Positions 29,153 to 40,800 of a DNA stretch of 64,000 nt are shown piece by piece. The position numbers were made by a program, and so were the translations under genes. Source of the DNA: a phage. The stretch lies in NCBI GenBank assembly GCA_012690745.1, contig GCA_012690745.1_4086.1, one strand, 5' to 3'. Under the pieces are notes generated by a model. It did no database searches. It was given only the letters and a program-made list of their open reading frames with translations, and was not told where the DNA came from. Position 1 is the first letter of the stretch, and each line of letters starts with the position of its first letter.

Positions 29153-29615
29153 AATATCTATATGGTAAACTGTTGACAAACTGTGTACCTTCACGTATAC
29201 TTTCCCATAGTGAGTAAAAATCTTTCATTAAGTTTGTGTTAAGTAAAGTATTTTTAGCACCAGGGTGTAATGGTTTAGGCCAAGAACCAATTCTAACCCA
29301 AGCATAACCAGAGCTTTCATGATTTAAAGTTGGTACAAATTCATTCTCAACTACAATAACAAATGAATAATATTTAAATTTACCATTTTTTGTACAAAAT
29401 ACATCAAACGGTATAATATCAATAATGTTAGGTATTGAGTTGCCCAACTCTTCTTTAATTTCTCTCATCAGACCTTGTAGTGGTGTTTCGTTATGTTCAA
29501 GCTTTCCACCAACAAATGCCCAGTTGTTAGAATAGGTACTTCTTTCAGAACGCAAGTTTAACATCATATGTCCAGTACTTTTTGATAAAAATATAGCACC
29601 AACCGCTTCATTCAT
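29151..29615 (-). CDS. Nudix hydrolase
   Basis: 154 aa with the Nudix box GGKLEHNETPLQGLMREIKEELG (GX5EX7REUXEEXGU); RBS AAAGGAGGTG. Confidence 0.8.
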   Translation of the reverse strand: MNEAVGAIFLSKSTGHMMLNLRSERSTYSNNWAFVGGKLEHNETPLQGLMREIKEELGNSIPNIIDIIPFDVFCTKNGKFKYYSFVIVVENEFVPTLNHESSGYAWVRIGSWPKPLHPGAKNTLLNTNLMKDFYSLWESIREGTQFVNSLPYRY

Positions 29616-29628
29616 AACAACACCTCCT

Positions 29629-30972
29629 TTATTTGTCAGTGAAAGTTATTTTCCAATATCCCTGACGATACACAGGCATGATACTTTTATGCCATTTAAA
29701 TTTGTCATTATATCTATAATAACCATTGTCTTCTTTATTATAAATGTAATTTCGTACAGTAGATGGATCAATTAATTGTGCACCATCATTTGTAATTTTA
29801 AACAAATAATTTGATGGGATTTCGGTTTCTTTATAAATGATGTTATGTATACTGTTATTTACATAATATTGTTCAGGTAATGCACTTGAAAGTACTGAAT
29901 CTTTCTGCACAAACCCATGTATAGTGTAATCAACAGTATAATTGGTATTATCAAGCTGTACTATAATTTTGTTGGCATCTTCATTTTCACCATACGACGC
30001 TATATGACCTTTTAGTGGGTTGTCTTCTTCAATAGATTGTTGAAATTTAATCCCTACTTTTTTGTCATCAAAATTTGGTTCTAGATATTTAAGATATTTT
30101 TCCCATGAATATATTCCACCGTTGGGAGAAACCGCAGATAGCGATTGGCTAACCAAGGTAAGTTGGTATGTATCAGGTAAATTATACTTGGAATTAGTAA
30201 TTTCTTCAACTTTAATGCATAAATTCTTGGGTGTAAAAACATCTGTTATTATATCTGAATAATTTCCCATTTCAAAATCAAATTCGTCACGAGCACCTTT
30301 AATATTTGTAGTAATCTGTTGGATTAATTTTGGTTTTTCAACAATAGCTGGTAAAGAAAACCATATTGTCGTTTCAAATGTTAAAACCATTATATCCAAA
30401 TCTGGGTCAGTTCCTTGTGGAAAACCACGAGTAGAAAACTGACAATCTATTAGTTCAACATCACTAAGCGATGTCCAATCTAACGGGTTATCAGATAATT
30501 GAAGTTGTATACTAGGTGCAAACAAAGTTGAGATTTGTTCGAATAATTCCATTTTAGTTTGAGTTTGAGTTACCCAAATATTCAAATCAAACGTAAAAGT
30601 CCAAGGTACTGGGTTATGTCTTACAATTTTGTATTGTGTGTCAAGATCTTTTGTGTACTCATTAATAGCAGGGGACTTGTTAGACCCCATTACTATAGTT
30701 TCGTTGGCATTAGAACGAATATTTTTACGATCCAACTTTAGTTGATTAACACTTATGGTCATTATAGGTGCTGATGGGAGAACATTTTCACTATTCCCAT
30801 TTATAATTGCTGCTGCCATTCTTGAAATATCGGCATAGCGACATGGAACCTTTTTGTATTTTGGGTTTCCATTAGCATCAATACCATTTTGTACTTGAAA
30901 TTCACCAAAAACTCTGATAAGATGTTTCAGTACTCTGCGAAATTGACCGTCATAATAATAATCTATTTTCAT
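29629..30972 (-). CDS. hypothetical protein (447 aa)
   Basis: Long ORF translationally coupled to the upstream gene (ATGA overlap at 30969-30972). Confidence 0.5.
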   Translation of the reverse strand: MKIDYYYDGQFRRVLKHLIRVFGEFQVQNGIDANGNPKYKKVPCRYADISRMAAAIINGNSENVLPSAPIMTISVNQLKLDRKNIRSNANETIVMGSNKSPAINEYTKDLDTQYKIVRHNPVPWTFTFDLNIWVTQTQTKMELFEQISTLFAPSIQLQLSDNPLDWTSLSDVELIDCQFSTRGFPQGTDPDLDIMVLTFETTIWFSLPAIVEKPKLIQQITTNIKGARDEFDFEMGNYSDIITDVFTPKNLCIKVEEITNSKYNLPDTYQLTLVSQSLSAVSPNGGIYSWEKYLKYLEPNFDDKKVGIKFQQSIEEDNPLKGHIASYGENEDANKIIVQLDNTNYTVDYTIHGFVQKDSVLSSALPEQYYVNNSIHNIIYKETEIPSNYLFKITNDGAQLIDPSTVRNYIYNKEDNGYYRYNDKFKWHKSIMPVYRQGYWKITFTDK

Positions 30973-32462
30973 TCTGTGTCCTTATGTATGCGATAAACAG
31001 TATTAGGTTTAACTGCGTCATGTAATGGAACTTTGTTATCACTATTTACAAACTGTGTAAGTGCTAAGTCTGCACCTTCCCACGGTTTTCTTCCACCATA
31101 ATCAAAAATAACCCATGAATTCTTAGTTGCATTGAATTCCCATAACGTAACTGGAGTATAATCGGTGCGATAGAAATAGTCACCATCTACTGCATCAGTT
31201 GGGAACATATTTCCTTCAGGGACTGTACCTCGTGCTGGTGGAATTTTAGGACGATAATCTTGTTGCGAATCAATATTACCATATACACAATTGGACGTGA
31301 ATGGTTCATTGACATAAGTTACCTTTGGTTCCCCCCACTTGTCATCATTATACTGATAAATGTGTGGTTCTTTATAAAAAATACAAAAATCTTCCACATC
31401 TTCTGGTGGAACATCACTGGTAGTATATTCTACATCACAATTTAACCATTTTTTAGCACTTTTATCATATTGATACAACGTATAACCTGTCACATCTGCG
31501 TCATTTTCTTTAAAGAAGAAGTCACCATCCATTGGTTTTCTGGGAAAGATGGTTCCACGCTTGACTTCCACAGAAATCCATGTATCATTAACAAACTCTT
31601 TGAGTACTGGGTATGTTTTTTTCAAAAAATACATTCCATCGGCAGGTTCTTCTGGAAAATCATAACCGTTAAGCATATATTTTGATAAATCTACTGTATC
31701 AGGTCGATCATCATACAAATGTTCATTTGTATAATGAATATAGGGTACTTCATCATCAGCTTGCATGATGATACGGTTCATGATATCCATTTCATTGCCA
31801 TAGTTACTGTTTTCCGACGAACCATCATCGGTATTTCCATTACCATTATTAGGGTCATCTGGATTATCAGGATAATTATTGTTACCGAGTAAATCGGAGT
31901 ACTCAGGTGAGTCGGTTAGCGGTTTAACTCTAAGTTTATAAATGTGATGTTGCCACGTAACCGAGTATCCCTCAGATGTACGAAATGCATCTTGGACGAC
32001 ATAGAAGCGGTTTAGACCTGTATCTTTACCCAATACATCAAAATCACGTAAATTTGGTAGTTCTATCACATCCCCTGGCATGATTTTTCTACCTAAACGC
32101 TGCATCATTGTATTATAATGGATTGTGATGTCCATAGTGTTGAAATTAAAGAACAATCCTGGGATTTTCAAGTCTGGAGTTGCTTCTTGAACTTGATAGA
32201 CACAACTAAGTGTGATAGCTTCAAGGTTGTAGTTTCTGTTTGGTGTGTCACCAAAAATTAAATCGCCAATACTTGACACAACTGATCCTGAAGATGTATA
32301 ATCACCTCCATAGGATAAGTCAGTGTTGTCAGCAACTTGTTTTGGACCGACATATGCATAAAGCCACATGTCAACTCCACCAATGTTGTATTGTTCAGCA
32401 ATGGCAGAATCAATGAACTTGTAATCATTGGTTCTACCTTTTTTCCACATTCTATATGTCAT
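30969..32462 (-). CDS. hypothetical protein (~497 aa)
   Basis: ORF track starts at a TTG (32474); the first ATG (32462) is preceded by GGAGA. D/N/G-rich low-complexity middle region. Confidence 0.5.
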   Translation of the reverse strand: MTYRMWKKGRTNDYKFIDSAIAEQYNIGGVDMWLYAYVGPKQVADNTDLSYGGDYTSSGSVVSSIGDLIFGDTPNRNYNLEAITLSCVYQVQEATPDLKIPGLFFNFNTMDITIHYNTMMQRLGRKIMPGDVIELPNLRDFDVLGKDTGLNRFYVVQDAFRTSEGYSVTWQHHIYKLRVKPLTDSPEYSDLLGNNNYPDNPDDPNNGNGNTDDGSSENSNYGNEMDIMNRIIMQADDEVPYIHYTNEHLYDDRPDTVDLSKYMLNGYDFPEEPADGMYFLKKTYPVLKEFVNDTWISVEVKRGTIFPRKPMDGDFFFKENDADVTGYTLYQYDKSAKKWLNCDVEYTTSDVPPEDVEDFCIFYKEPHIYQYNDDKWGEPKVTYVNEPFTSNCVYGNIDSQQDYRPKIPPARGTVPEGNMFPTDAVDGDYFYRTDYTPVTLWEFNATKNSWVIFDYGGRKPWEGADLALTQFVNSDNKVPLHDAVKPNTVYRIHKDTE

Positions 32463-32504
32463 GATTGTCTCCAAAATAAATCGGGTATATCTTTATTTAC
32501 CTTG

Positions 32505-32532
32505 TAGACAAACCGTAAGAATGTGATATAAT
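32505..32532 (+). promoter_or_regulatory. sigma70-like early promoter upstream of the ClpA-like gene (TAGACA - 16 nt - TATAAT)
   Basis: tagacaAACCGTAAGAATGTGAtataat; same ATGTGATATAAT context as the other early promoters. Confidence 0.6.
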
Positions 32533-32572
32533 GTTTATTAATTAGAGTGACGTGAATCACATAGGAGAATAC

Positions 32573-34861
32573 ATGAATCTTACTCAATTGTTCAAAAAAA
32601 GCGACGAACTGGCAACATCTCTAGGTCATACATTCTTGACTATTGACCACGTAAGTGCCACAGTACTGACTATTGATAGCATCAAGAACGTATTTGAAGA
32701 TATGAACATTGATGCAGACAAACTGCACAACCGCCTGATGAACTATCTTAAAAATACAACAGTTCCACATGCACCAAAAAGTGTTAAAGATGAAGACGCG
32801 AATCGAACTTCACTTCTAGTGAATCGCGTTGTACATGAGCTTTCTAAAAAATCAGTTATTGAACAACTAAAAAGTGATGATTTTTCGATTGATGCATATT
32901 TTGTTCTATTCGAATGTCTGTCTTTCCCTAACACAGCACTAGAAGCTGCGTTAAAAGAAGAAGGTGTTAGCTGTACTGAAGCTGCACGTGCATTACAGAA
33001 ACACGTTGAGTCACTTGATAAGGGTATCAACTTACAAAGTATTAATGACGAACCGATTGGAGATAAAAAAGTGGCCCAACAGCAGCAATCATCTAAACAA
33101 AAAGGTTTGGAAGACTATACAACGAATCTAACTGCTCTTGCAAAAGAAGGCAAACTAGATCCTATGATTGGTCGCCAGAAAGAATTGTCTGCATTGATTG
33201 AGACTCTTGCTCGCAAAACCAAAAAGAATGCTATTCTCACTGGTGAAGCTGGTGTAGGTAAAACACAAATCATCGACGGACTTGCACAAGCTATTGCTGA
33301 TGGTAACGTACCTGAACACCTGAAAGACGTTGAAATTCTTTCACTAAATGTTGGTGCATTGACTGCTGGTACTAAGTATCGTGGTGAATTTGAAGAACGC
33401 ATCGACAATTTGCTAAAAGAACTAAAGAAACGTGAAAATACTATTGTTTTCATTGATGAAATTCATATTATGGTTGGGGCTGGTTCCGCAAGTAATGGTT
33501 CTATGGACATGAGCAATATGCTTAAGCCAGCACTTTCACGTGGTGAGATTCGTGTAATTGGTGCAACAACATATGATGAATATCGTAAAAATATCGAGAA
33601 AGATAGTGCATTAACTCGTCGTTTTATGAAAATTGACGTAGTTGAGCCGACAATTGATGAAACTCGTGCAATTGTTAATGGTTTGAAACCAACGTATGAA
33701 AAATTCCATAATGTTGAGTTCACATCTGATGCAATGGATGCTGTAATTTCTCTCAGTGATAAATTCCTGAAGAATAAGCACTTCCCAGATAAAGCAATTG
33801 ATCTAATGGATGCTGCTGCGGCTAAAGTTCGTTCACGTGACAACAATAGTAAGCTAATTACTGCCAATTTGATTCAAGAAGTTGTTGCTGGTATTGCCAA
33901 TTTGGATATCAACGTGGTTGCATGTACTGAAAGTGATCGTATGCGTAATCTACCAGATGCACTACGCTCACGTGTATACGGTCAAGAGGAAGCTATTCAA
34001 AAATTAGTTGATAACGTGATGGTAGCTCGTGCAGGACTGCGTGACAAATCTAGTGTTCAGGGTGCATTTATGTTTGTTGGACCATCTGGTACTGGTAAAA
34101 CAGAAATTACCAAAGCATTAGCAGACGCAACTGGTGCGGAACTCATTCGCTTTGATATGTCAGAATTTTCTCAAGAACATACTGTTTCTAAACTAATTGG
34201 TTCACCTCCAGGTTATGTTGGTCATGATTCTGGTAACGGTTTACTGTTGGATAAAATTGAGCAGTTCCCTAATGCAGTACTGTTACTTGATGAAATTGAA
34301 AAAGCAGATCGTAAAGTACTACTAACCTTCCTACAGGTTTTGGATGAAGGTCGTCTGACTGGTTCTCAAGGTAAAACTGTATATTTTAATAACGTAACTG
34401 TTATTATGACTACAAACCTTGGTGCGGCTGATTCAACAAAGCGTAGCATTGGTATGAGCGGTAGTGACACTGCACAGGACAAGGCAATTAAAGCATTCTT
34501 GCCACCAGAGTTTATTAACCGTATTGATAGTATCGTTACGTTTAAAGACCTAAGCAGTGAAGCTATTGACAGCATCATTGATAAGTTCATGGGTGGTTTG
34601 AATGAACAAGTCAAAGACCGTAATGTTAAAGTTACATTGACAAAAGCTGCACGTGAATGGCTTGCGAAAAATGGGGTAAAAGTTGGTATGGGTGCACGTC
34701 CAATGAAACGTACCATTGAACAAAACATTCGTGTACCACTAGCTAAAGAAATGTTGTGTGGTTCACTTGTGAATGGTGGTAACATTACATTTGATGTTAT
34801 TGATGGTAAAATCGGTATTAAGCCGAAACGTACCAAAGCTGTAGATAAAGCACTAGTATAA
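32573..34861 (+). CDS. ClpA/Hsp100-family AAA+ unfoldase (two nucleotide-binding domains, no ClpB-type middle domain)
   Basis: D1 Walker A GEAGVGKT and Walker B IVFIDEIH; D2 Walker A GPSGTGKT and Walker [10 protein letters not shown]; N-terminal Clp_N-like region. ORF track begins at a GTG (32552); ATG 32573 has RBS AGGAGA. Host-like codon usage. Confidence 0.85.
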   Translation: MNLTQLFKKSDELATSLGHTFLTIDHVSATVLTIDSIKNVFEDMNIDADKLHNRLMNYLKNTTVPHAPKSVKDEDANRTSLLVNRVVHELSKKSVIEQLKSDDFSIDAYFVLFECLSFPNTALEAALKEEGVSCTEAARALQKHVESLDKGINLQSINDEPIGDKKVAQQQQSSKQKGLEDYTTNLTALAKEGKLDPMIGRQKELSALIETLARKTKKNAILTGEAGVGKTQIIDGLAQAIADGNVPEHLKDVEILSLNVGALTAGTKYRGEFEERIDNLLKELKKRENTIVFIDEIHIMVGAGSASNGSMDMSNMLKPALSRGEIRVIGATTYDEYRKNIEKDSALTRRFMKIDVVEPTIDETRAIVNGLKPTYEKFHNVEFTSDAMDAVISLSDKFLKNKHFPDKAIDLMDAAAAKVRSRDNNSKLITANLIQEVVAGIANLDINVVACTESDRMRNLPDALRSRVYGQEEAIQKLVDNVMVARAGLRDKSSVQGAFMFVGPSGTGKTEITKALADATGAELIRFDMSEFSQEHTVSKLIGSPPGYVGHDSGNGLLLDKIEQFPNAVLLLDEIEKADRKVLLTFLQVLDEGRLTGSQGKTVYFNNVTVIMTTNLGAADSTKRSIGMSGSDTAQDKAIKAFLPPEFINRIDSIVTFKDLSSEAIDSIIDKFMGGLNEQVKDRNVKVTLTKAAREWLAKNGVKVGMGARPMKRTIEQNIRVPLAKEMLCGSLVNGGNITFDVIDGKIGIKPKRTKAVDKALV

Positions 34862-34871
34862 AAAAAGAAAA

Positions 34872-34897
34872 GGAGAGCATTATGCTCTCCTTTTTTA
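34872..34897. terminator. bidirectional intrinsic terminator between convergent genes
   Basis: GGAGAGCA-tta-TGCTCTCC followed by TTTTTT; A-run on the 5' side. Confidence 0.75.
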
Positions 34898-37800
34898 TTA
34901 CTTAACTAATAATATATTTTTAATATCATTACCACTAACTTGTAGACTATCAGTGTATACTGAAAGATCTATAGTGTAACTATTTTGTGTGTAACGTTTT
35001 AACATATCATAATTACCTAAATTAATTCCATTGAAAGAATATGTGGTATTAAGTTTAAAATCATGTTCTGCACTATACATTACACCACGGAGTAAATTAT
35101 TTGCATTTCTAACTTCAACTTTTTCATATCCAATCGATATAATATCATTCATGTTCGCGGCTGAACCGGATAAAACATTATTTCTAATACTATAAGGACT
35201 TATTGATTTAGGTTGAGAAACATAGGTTGTATTTTCTTCACTAATGGTTGTGATGTTAGTAACAGTACCACCAACAACACCGATATACATACCGTCAACC
35301 ATTGGGAATCCATAAACCCATATCCCTTCATTATTTCTAAACGGTTGAATAACACTTGAATCATATTCGATAACGTTGATTTCTAAACTATCAGTCATTT
35401 TAGTTCTTGCCAATTCACTAAGAACTCCCGCACCCGTAATTGGTAAGTTATAACCGTTATCGATAGTAATTCCATCAACATCAAATATTTCATTGGAGAT
35501 TATCCAAACGTCAACGTCATCTGGTGTTATTCCGTCATTGTACTTACCACCATTTAAAGTAATATCGTAGAAAACATCATAATTAATTACATCAATGGTG
35601 TAATTTCTATTTTGTTCATACAATTTAATACCATTCTTGACAAATTCAGGGTCAGCAAATGTTCTAACACGAACAATGTTCAATGCTAGAGGCTGTACTG
35701 GCTCATTTTGTTGTGCAAGAGTGATGTTATCATAACGGAGAACTGCACCAGTACTCTCATCAATCAATTCAATCGTTTCCTTACCTGTATTTCTTACAGT
35801 GAATAGGATCGGAGTTGTATTGTTTTTGATGTTAGATACACGCAAGATTGTTTCCCATGTGTGATTTTGATATCTCACAAAATCTTCACCATCAGGAGTG
35901 AAAATCATCACCTTATCACCATCAGATAGGTCATTGTCAACTATTTCTGCTTCAGTTAAGCTATTAATAGATCTCACACGATAGAAATATTTTTCATCAA
36001 ACTTCGATGTTGTTTTATTAATATCATTTTCAATCTTAGCATATGAAGGAATACTTACAATTGCTTCTGTATGTTTATATGGATTGATAATTGCCATACC
36101 TTCAGTTTGATATCTGCTGTTATCACGTAATTGTACAAGAGATACATTGTCAAACCCATATCCATCAACTGTAAATCTAATTTGTCCAACATCACGCCCA
36201 GAAGGGTTTATGTCAGATATATCCACAATATAAGGATCAACTTCATCATCTTTAACTTCCCATTTTATTGAAGAAGTTTGAGATTCCAATGCTAGGTTAT
36301 CAAATGCATTCATATCATTGAAGTACTTAGCTTCAGTAATACTATCAAGTATATATTGATAATCAGAATACATTGGATTATTTTGATCTAGTGGTAAATC
36401 ATCAAGATTTATTTCAGCTAGTTCAACCATTTCACCATTTGTGATAAAATAATCTTCCATGAAATCATCAATACTTTGTTCATCAGGTATACTTTGATAT
36501 ACACCGTTAACATTTAAGTAAACATATTTTCGTGGAATCATTGTAATTGCATAGATATCAATTGGGGTCTTACTAAGAATCTCTTCAGCTTTTTCGTACT
36601 TATCAGTAGCGTCTTTGTCGAATAACCCTCTCATACCTGCTAATACGTGAATAGCATCAGTATAGAAACGGGTATCACCACCTACTTCATCATAACGATA
36701 AACATATACACCATACTCAACTTCAAGTTTAACTTTTACTTCATAGTCTGATGCGTCAGGATTTTTATCTTTAATTAATGAAATGTATTTTTGATACAAT
36801 TCACTGCTTATTTCAAAATATCCATAGTTATAATCATTACTAGAAGAAAAGCCTAATGGAAGTCTAGTACTAGGATTGTCATTATAAGTAAGTCCACTAA
36901 ATCCACATCCAACTTCATCGTGAATTTTCTCATCACTTATATCTTTATAAAGTTTCAAACGGTTTGCCAATGTGTTATACTGAACATATTGTCTAAGGTC
37001 AGTAAACATATCGTTATGCGTTGATTCTTTATAAACACGTTCCAATGTAGCAGTGAATTCATCAGTTGCTTCTAAATCTTCCGCATGGTCTTTATACCAC
37101 TGGTTAACGCCATATGCTGTTCCTAGTGTTACATCCAATTCTGGATAGTAGATTTGCATTTGATAAGCAATAAGAAGATCGAAAGTTTCTTCACTATATT
37201 CTGGGAAAGAATATATATAACGTTGTAATTCATAGTTACTAACAGCATCCTTTTCATTGGATTGATATTTGTTATTAACACTTACTAATTCATTTATGCT
37301 TGCCAAATCTTCATTTGGTTTACACTGAATATTATCATAATGCATAATAATATCAATTTCTTGGAATCTTCTATTTGGTGTAACGAAATCACTTGGTAGT
37401 GAACCTACCTGTTCCCATTTTTGGGTAATTTCATTAAATTGAGCGTACTCATAATCCCAAATATCTTTTTCAGTTTTGATCCAAGAACCGTCAACGAAAA
37501 TATATCCATTAGGATCTAAATCATTACATAGACCTTTTATTAAATCATCATCAGATGTCTTTTGCTCTATTTGTGAACGAATTTTAGTTCTATAAGGTTT
37601 AACTTCTTCAAAATATTCAACAATTTGATTAATCAAATTATCGTTTGAATAGTTTTGAACTAATGATTGTTCCAAACCAACAATATAGATATATGATGTT
37701 TTAAATACCCAATCCACAACACTTTGTTCAACATGTACATATTTGACCATATCAAAAACAATTTCGCTTTGATGTAAATCGAAAGAATTTTTGAGTAAAG

Positions 37801-40800
37801 CTAGTGCTTTACGAACGTTGATTTCACGATTGCTTAGTGAACCATTATCATTATGAACACTATAATCTGCGTAAAGCATATCATTGAGTTCAACTGTACT
37901 GTTTTCACGACCAATCGCTTTCCAATAAATTGAATCGCGTGATTGTGATTTAATATACAATGTCCAAATGTTTTCACTATCGGTAACTCTGATAATATCG
38001 CCAACTTGGTAGTTTTTAGTATTAGCATCTTCTAAGCTTGACTCTTGAGTATAAGTCGTGTTACTATCATATCCAACATCATACCAATCAGCATATGACC
38101 AGTACTGAGTCATGTCTAATGAGGTTCCTAGTGATTCAACATAATCAGATTGTTTAATCATTTTATGTTGTCCCTCACCTTTGTTTTCTAACGTTATAGT
38201 AACAACACTACCCGCGTTTGCTGGACTATTCATTAACTGAATATATCCATTTTCGTCGAAGTGAATAAAATAAACAGCACTAGAAGTTAATGGATTTGGT
38301 AGATATCCACTAGTACTTAAAATAACAGCGTCATTTTCTTTAAATTTATCACTTTCAACTGCAATAACTAATTCATTATTGTAAGACAACACACGGAAAG
38401 AAACTTCATTAGGGTTAACTTCAGTGGTTTTAACATTAAACACATCTTCCATAACAACACTATTAGTGGTTATGTTTTGTGACCTATAATAATTATTAGC
38501 ACTTTCTACAAAGTTTCTACGAGCTTCTATAACATTTTGGAACCAAGTTTTGTTTGATCCTAAACCGTTATCAACATCTGGATATAATAAATTAATCACA
38601 GAACCTGATTCAGTTGTTTCTTGACCAATTAGTGAGTTCCACATTGAATCCCAAATTAGTGGGTTAAAGTTATAGCTGTCACCTTCTTTACATAGTTGAT
38701 ACTGGTCATGTTTAACAACTTCAGTACTATCCATGTAATAAGAAACAGTTAAAATACTGGTATCATCATTCACTTTAAATTGCATATTACTAAGAATAAA
38801 CGAGTTTTCATTTATTGGAGCGAACCAAGGAATGTTTAGCTGTGTTGGATCTTTAATAATACGAGCAATGTCAGTACATGATTTCGTTCTGGTATGTAGT
38901 GGTGGTACATAAATTGTATCACGTACCCAGAAATAGTATTTTGTTACATAACTATCAGTTGAACTATCATATTCCAAAAATGTACTATAATTATCTTCAA
39001 GTGCAGTTCCACTTGGTAGATACATAGTATTATTTTTGTTTTTCTTAGCAACATCTTTACAGTATTTGTCCCAGTTATATGGCTCAACTGGTGAACAAAC
39101 CCACTCTAACACATCAATGGTACTATGTGGTAACAAACGTCCCCAGTTGTAACGTTTGTATTCATTGGTTGCATCAATATCAACATTACCGTCTGCGTCA
39201 TAAATTGCACGAGTATAATCCAAATAAAATGCAGTGCTAGTGTTCCACCATACTTGACCAACTTTATCAGCACCCCAAGCCTGGATTAACTCTCCATTAC
39301 TATTATACTGTGCAGGATCAACTGGTGAAGTATATGTTACGTTTTGCATAGCCGCACCTGGAATAACACCATTAATTGGGTCATAAACGTTTAGATATAG
39401 CTCAGTAATGTTAGTACGTTCATCATATGTCGTTGGACGATCAAATAAAGTACTTTGTGGTGCTTTAAAACTATATTTCTTGTCAATGTAAGCTTGACGA
39501 TCATCAGTACTGGCAAAACGTGATACATAACGATACAAACGTGGACGTGTATCTGGATCAGTAAATTCAATATCAATAGAAGTGTCAAATGGAACTACCA
39601 TAACTTTAGGATCAGAACCAGCAGTATAATATTGACTTTCTACTGTTAAAGTATCTGGCATAAAGTTAGTTTCATCAACAAAATAATAATAATCACCATC
39701 TTCAAGTGGTACATTATCAGTTAAAGTTACTTTACAAAATTGTTCAGCATACACATCGGTATTTTCAATAGGTGTTATAGAAACCATTTGTACATTAGTA
39801 TCAACCAATTCAAAAATGTTCCACAAACCATTACCGTCTTTAAACATCCACACAGATTCAGGATTTTCACCTTTACCATTAGTATAAGTTATGCGGTCAT
39901 TATATGCAGTACTGAAATCTTTTGTTGTGTACGATACTTCATCCAATGTTACTGGACCAATATCTGGAAGTTGGATGTTTTCACTTCTTCCACTACGCAT
40001 TGGGAATGAGAACTTACCATTTGGACGTGTAATCCAACGAGGATCTTTACCTTGCTCACCGAAGTATACAATATGATTACCATTACCATTTGAAGTTGCA
40101 TTTACATCAAAAGAAACCATTTGAGGTTGTTGTTTAAATTGGTCATTGATTAGTTTAAATTGAAGGTTTTTCTTACCATCAATATTACCATATGTACCAA
40201 TTTTAAATGCCCATTCTTGTAATGCTTTATATTCATCAGTGTCATATGATTTAGAAACACGAAGTACACGTTCTAAAACTTGGTTAGTACCTTTATCGTG
40301 AATGAATCCTTTATAGAAATCAACACGACTAACATCACTACTAATCATACGCTGTAGATAATCACGAGATTGATAACCAATCAAATGGTTTGACAACTCT
40401 TGTAATTGTACATCACTTACTGGAGTTTCACTATCATAATAATGTTGGAAATCCGACACTAATTTTTCAAATGATGGTAGTGTTCCAGCTTCCAAGATAA
40501 TAAATCCAGGAGCTTGTAGGCGACCAGTCCATGAACCAGTAATATATCCATACATTTTAATTAGTTCTTGAATAGAACCATATGTTGGCTGATAAATGTA
40601 ATCACCAAAAATAGTTTTATCATCAAAAATAACAGCATGTTCATATGAACACAAACTTAAACGAATCAATGCAATGCGTTTATTAGATTCTAAAGTTCTA
40701 ACAGTGAAGATATTTCCAATACGAGAAGTTTCAATTTCATATTGGCGAATACCTTGGTTATTATCATCAAGTAATGACCATACACCACCATTATTTTGCG

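Noticed and set aside
32743-34836. Minus-strand ORFs (95-156 aa) overlapping the ClpA-like gene
   Set aside because: They lie antisense within a gene carrying intact Walker A/B motifs in both AAA+ domains; no RBS or conservation signal supports them.
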